Assembly: GCA_031556555.1 (NCBI GenBank)
Contig: JAVBSU010000141.1
Span: 1 to 36,604 of the forward strand
Origin: Christensenellaceae bacterium
GTDB taxonomy: Bacteria > Bacillota > Clostridia > Christensenellales > Christensenellaceae
Direction: 5' to 3'
Length of the DNA: 36,604 nt
The notes below the pieces were generated by a model. The model was not told where the DNA came from, searched no databases, and was given only the letters and a program-made list of their open reading frames with translations. The position numbers and the translations under genes are program-made. Each line of letters opens with the position of its first letter. The first letter of the stretch is position 1. Below are positions 33,325 to 36,604 of the stretch, in pieces.

Positions 33325-34236
33325 ATGCCTGCTTTCCTTACTCACATGATAATGGCGAATGGCACGCTCGCCAGGATTGAAAACGAAAGAGTGAAAAGCC
33401 TTATATCCTCAAACCTGGCCGCCTACCATTCGGGCGCCCAGGGCGGGGATTATTTTTACCTGTACAAGTATTACTCCATGTGGCTGGGCCACACGTACAA
33501 AATGTTCGGTTACGCGCTGCACAGGGCGCGGCTGCAACGTTTTTTCACGGAAAGCGCTCAGTACATAAAAAACAGCGGTTCCGATACGCTGGCTTCTTTT
33601 TTTTACGGTTACATTACCCACTATTATCTGGATATGCTGCTGCATCCCGCCATAAACGCCGTCGCCCCCGACGCAATGGGCAACCACAACACGCTTGAAT
33701 ACGCCATTGATACTGTTTACGCGCGGGAAAACGGCATAGACGCCATGGAATTCGACCGGGCCGCCTTCGTACATGAGACGACGGTTAAGGACGGCTCCAT
33801 AAGCAGGTTCTTCGAGCACATAAAAAAGGAGCTTTACTATGGCTTCAGGCTCAAGCCGCACGCTTATGAAACGTGCTACGCGTATTTTGAATCGTACAAC
33901 AGAAAAATGTACAAGCCGGACGAAAAGCAGCTTAAGTGGATGAAGTTCCAGAACAAATTCACCATGCTGGACCTTTTCACCATGCTCTACCACCCGTACG
34001 ATGAAATCAAAGACCTCTACGATTACGCGCCTTACCTCGAACTTATTGAAAAGGCAATAAAAAAAAGCCTTGAGCTGATAAATAACGTGGACGGCTACCT
34101 GCACGATGAGCGGCATATATCGGTTATTGAATCTTTTGTTTTCAACGTGAACTGCAACGGCATACCCGTAATTCCAAGGGAGGAACGCAAAGCTTTCCAG
34201 CGCCTCTACAAAAAGGCCCGGCTAAAACTGTTTTGA
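33325..34236 (+). CDS. Zinc-dependent phospholipase C-like family protein (uncharacterised)
   Basis: It has N-terminal PAFLTH, GAQGGDYFY and THYYLDMLLHP histidine blocks, as in the clostridial proteins annotated in this family. The ATG directly follows the tag stop codon. Confidence 0.55.
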   Translation: MPAFLTHMIMANGTLARIENERVKSLISSNLAAYHSGAQGGDYFYLYKYYSMWLGHTYKMFGYALHRARLQRFFTESAQYIKNSGSDTLASFFYGYITHYYLDMLLHPAINAVAPDAMGNHNTLEYAIDTVYARENGIDAMEFDRAAFVHETTVKDGSISRFFEHIKKELYYGFRLKPHAYETCYAYFESYNRKMYKPDEKQLKWMKFQNKFTMLDLFTMLYHPYDEIKDLYDYAPYLELIEKAIKKSLELINNVDGYLHDERHISVIESFVFNVNCNGIPVIPREERKAFQRLYKKARLKLF

Positions 34237-34461
34237 CGCTACCGCCCTTTCAACATAACGTTCCAGGTCGGAAACAGTGACAAAGTACTTAATGCTGGAT
34301 TCCGACACAAGGATATCGTACGCCGCTTCCAGCGCAAACGTAAGCTCAAGCATTTCATATGAGCCTATATTAAGCTCCCTGATCAAATCGCTGTCCGGCC
34401 TGATATCCTCTGCAGGCGTTTCACTAAACGCCGAAACGATGTCCGCTATCTCTCTGAACAT
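34222..34461 (-). CDS. Stand-alone acyl/peptidyl carrier protein, DltC-like
   Basis: 79 aa. The phosphopantetheine-site context is ELNIGSYEMLELTFALEAAYDILV (compare DltC LLDSFGTVELLLAIENRFDILV as I remember it). Confidence 0.65.
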   Translation of the reverse strand: MFREIADIVSAFSETPAEDIRPDSDLIRELNIGSYEMLELTFALEAAYDILVSESSIKYFVTVSDLERYVERAVASKQF

Positions 34462-34469
34462 AATACAAG

Positions 34470-34478
34470 ATTATATCA
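34470..34478 (-). promoter_or_regulatory. Candidate extended -10 promoter giving a near-leaderless carrier-protein mRNA
   Basis: The minus strand reads TGATATAAT (34470-34478), then 8 nt (cttgtatt, no SD) before the ATG at 34461. Confidence 0.35.
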
Positions 34479-34494
34479 TTTGTGGGAAAACCTA

Positions 34495-35754
34495 TCAACC
34501 AAATGTTCTTATATTAAAAATATCCATATCCAAAATGTCCCTGTTCCAGTACGAATAGAGGGAGTGTATAAGGCTTAGAAAAGCGCCGCCCAGCTTTTCA
34601 GCGGCTGCCCCGCTTATGAAATCTCCCGAACAGCGCAGGAAAATGTGCCCCATCTCGCCGCGCCCCCCGACGTTTACGAATACCTCGAGGGGATACATGG
34701 CTCCGCTGCCAATGGACAGTTCAGCCTGGGACGGGAATCCGTAGCCGCTGATATCCGATACGGCCACGCTCATTAGCCCTTCCGTATCAAGGCCGCGCGC
34801 CCGCATATCCGCCGCTACGTTTTGGATGCCGTAGCGCCCCGCGGCCGATGCCTGCGCTATACTCTCCCTGAAACTGTCCACCGCCCGGCCAAGGCTGCCT
34901 TTAGCCAGGTTGTTGAACGGCAGGGGAACAGTATCCACCATGTGGCCCAGTATGGAGCGCGTCGTGGCGTCGCGTCCGTTCCTCGTGTAGCACATGCCTA
35001 CGTCTCCCCGCCCCGTGTACAATTCCAGCACGCAGTGCCAGCACAAGGCCGCCAGGCCGAAAACCGTCATGCGGTGGTCGGCGCAAAGCTGAAGATATTC
35101 CAGCCGTAGCGGCTCATCCATGTTTAGCACGTATACAAAATCGTCACCGCCCGGCCCGCCTTCCAAAAGATCAAACATGTGAGCCGGCGCTTTTATCAGC
35201 CTCGCCCATGCCTCGCCGTCTTCTCTTCGCCTGGCGGACTTTAAGTATTCGCGTTCGCTCTCCGCGTACGCATCGTAGGAGCCGGAAGGGTAGAACAGTG
35301 CTTCGCGCCCGGCCGCATCATCGTCCAATACGTCTTTTATCACTGACAGCGAATAAGCGTCCGTCACCAGGGAATCGGACTTTATGAAAGCCCTGAGCGC
35401 GTCCCCGTACCGGAGCATGTAAAAACGGCAGAGCGCGCCGTCCAAAGGATCGCACACCCTGCCGTTCTGTTCTACTATCCATTCAAACGCAGCCGCCTGC
35501 CCGCTGAATTCCAAAAACTCAGGCGTACCGGCGGGCGCGTAACCGTACTCCGCGCCGCCGCCCTCTTCGCGAAAAGCCATACCCAGCGCGTCGTTACGTT
35601 CCGCCAACCGCGCTATGGAGCTTTCAAGGCGGCTTTTCCCCTGTGCGGAAAAGGGCATGCCGTCCGTGAGCATTGACAGGTTTGAAAAGTTCGAATCTCT
35701 TCTTTTCAGCCTTCTTTCCCACGTAAGGCGCTGGCCGGTGGTGAGCCCGCCCAT
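34495..35754 (-). CDS. Free-standing NRPS-type condensation-domain protein with a degenerate catalytic motif
   Basis: C-domain core motifs appear in order: C1 LTTGQRLTW, C2 LAERNDALGMAF, C3 region FIKSDSLVTDAYS, C4 YDAYAESEREYL and C5 ILGHMVDTVPLPF. In C3 the HHxxxDG histidines are replaced by D and S. Confidence 0.6.
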   Translation of the reverse strand: MGGLTTGQRLTWERRLKRRDSNFSNLSMLTDGMPFSAQGKSRLESSIARLAERNDALGMAFREEGGGAEYGYAPAGTPEFLEFSGQAAAFEWIVEQNGRVCDPLDGALCRFYMLRYGDALRAFIKSDSLVTDAYSLSVIKDVLDDDAAGREALFYPSGSYDAYAESEREYLKSARRREDGEAWARLIKAPAHMFDLLEGGPGGDDFVYVLNMDEPLRLEYLQLCADHRMTVFGLAALCWHCVLELYTGRGDVGMCYTRNGRDATTRSILGHMVDTVPLPFNNLAKGSLGRAVDSFRESIAQASAAGRYGIQNVAADMRARGLDTEGLMSVAVSDISGYGFPSQAELSIGSGAMYPLEVFVNVGGRGEMGHIFLRCSGDFISGAAAEKLGGAFLSLIHSLYSYWNRDILDMDIFNIRTFG

Positions 35755-36278
35755 TACTTCGTCTCGAACGGGATATCCTTGGAGAGCTCGAAGTGGCCGG
35801 TGGTATAATCCTTGCCCTCTACGCTGTAGTAGATTTCGTTCACATCGGGAAGGTTATCGAGGTAGGCGCCAGCTATGCTTTCAAGAAGAGTGGCTTCGCC
35901 CGCCGTGCCAAAATTAGATTCGTATATCTTGTCTGTAAAATCTATGTATAGTTTGCCGCCCTCAACAATTATTGAGTTGGGATTTATGGGCGACTCCTCA
36001 AGAGGCAGGTCGAACATTTCTTCCGCCACAACCTCAAGGCCGAAGGTAGCCAGGCTCGCGGGCGACACCTGCACCTCAATCGTCTTGTCCGCGTCCGTCA
36101 CTATATTGTGATAAGTGTACTTGACCGTGTTGTCCTCGTACTCCAACTTTTGTATCCGGGGAGGAACCTCATCCTTCGCGGTAGCCGGGGCAAAGGCGCA
36201 GAGCATGAACGAAGCCGCTATCAGAACGGCGGCGAGCGCCACTCCAAGTATCCTGCTGCTTTTTCTCACAGTATCCAT
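35754..36278 (-). CDS. GerMN-domain-like exported or anchored protein
   Basis: It has an N-terminal signal/anchor (ILGVALAAVLIAASFMLCAFA). The C-terminal half, LYIDFTDKIYESNFGTAGEATLLESIAGAYLDNLPDVNEIYYSVEGKDY, resembles the GerMN pattern. GGAGG lies 8 nt upstream. Its stop overlaps the next ATG (TAATG). Confidence 0.55.
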   Translation of the reverse strand: MDTVRKSSRILGVALAAVLIAASFMLCAFAPATAKDEVPPRIQKLEYEDNTVKYTYHNIVTDADKTIEVQVSPASLATFGLEVVAEEMFDLPLEESPINPNSIIVEGGKLYIDFTDKIYESNFGTAGEATLLESIAGAYLDNLPDVNEIYYSVEGKDYTTGHFELSKDIPFETK

Positions 36279-36462
36279 ATCGTAAACCTCCTTGCGGTAA
36301 ACGCTTTCCTGATTTTTCCTGTATTTCCTGCATGAATATTATATCACGGTTTTCGCGGCCAGACAATACATTTATTAAGTAAATATTACAAAGTTGTTCA
36401 CAAAAAATTCAAATCTTACGGGGTTTCGGGCCGAAGAAATTGTAGAATTGACGCTGCGGCTG

Positions 36463-36471
36463 TGATATAAT
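36463..36471 (+). promoter_or_regulatory. Candidate extended -10 promoter for a gene starting near the window end
   Basis: TGATATAAT lies at 36463-36471, about 65 nt upstream of a GAGGA-N7-TTG start. Confidence 0.35.
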
Positions 36472-36536
36472 TGCATTGTCTGTCAGAGGCATTTAAAAGG
36501 TAGAATACCAGATATTGCAAGAAAGAGGATTTGTGT

Positions 36537-36604
36537 TTGGCTGTGCAGGAGATATTACCGTTTAAGTCGAATTTTGTAAGAGTCGGATCTCTCGATACGG
36601 GCGG
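36537..36604 (+). CDS. Possible 5' end of an unidentified CDS (LAVQEILPFKSNFVRVGSLDTG...)
   Basis: The frame is open from the TTG at 36537 to the window edge, with AGAAAGAGGA 7 nt upstream. It is too short to identify. Confidence 0.25.
   Translation, partial: MAVQEILPFKSNFVRVGSLDTG

Noticed and set aside
33409-34116. 235-aa minus-strand ORF antisense to the PLC-like gene
   Set aside because: It is an antisense frame with a repetitive Val/Arg/His-rich translation. The plus-strand ORF is coupled to tag and has conserved-looking histidine blocks.
1-36604. Scan for CRISPR arrays, tRNA/rRNA genes, transposases, integrases and phage genes
   Set aside because: I found no regularly spaced direct repeats, no tRNA-like GGTTCGA(A/T)TCC arms in the intergenic regions, and no ORF with DDE, tyrosine or serine recombinase motifs.

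Overview
This window looks like a chromosomal segment from a high-GC Firmicute. The class is probably Clostridia, judging by a GerMN-type protein, ECF-type ThiT, AGGAGG Shine-Dalgarno (SD) sites and sigma-A-type promoters. Nearly all of it is coding. From left to right it contains:

- **Left edge:** the 5' part of an exported protein with solute-binding-like domains.
- **Minus-strand array of 7 tightly packed genes:** leuB, mntA, hepT, larB, larC, glpK and a GT2 glycosyltransferase. The mntA/hepT toxin-antitoxin (TA) pair is a visibly AT-rich insert.
- **A mixed group:** a TIM-barrel sugar-phosphate isomerase, a TPP-riboswitch-controlled thiT, yfbR and larE.
- **Acyl-CoA synthetase:** preceded by a tiny membrane-peptide ORF.
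- **An AT-rich 540-nt spacer:** holds a convergent small RNA and a 22-aa hydrophobic peptide, arranged like a type I TA module.
- **Sugar or polyol utilisation locus:** ABC ATPase, two permeases, an embedded DeoR regulator, a binding protein, two SDR dehydrogenases, an FGGY kinase and an unknown anchored protein. It is bracketed by a family of GC-rich structured repeats.
- **RraA-like gene:** flanked by 11-bp inverted repeats.
- **Minus-strand operon:** DUF1015, lysC, an AEC transporter, a phosphohexomutase and a D-2-hydroxyacid dehydrogenase.
- **A 49-aa lipoprotein gene:** too short for the ORF track.
- **Right end:** hisC-tyrA, then tag with a zinc-phospholipase-C-like gene, then a three-gene operon. 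That operon encodes a GerMN-like exported protein, a free-standing condensation domain with a degenerate catalytic motif, and a DltC-like carrier protein.

The GerMN/condensation/carrier operon is my best candidate for an undescribed system. I saw no rRNA, tRNA, CRISPR array, transposase or integrase. All family assignments come from motif recognition by eye; no database search was run.
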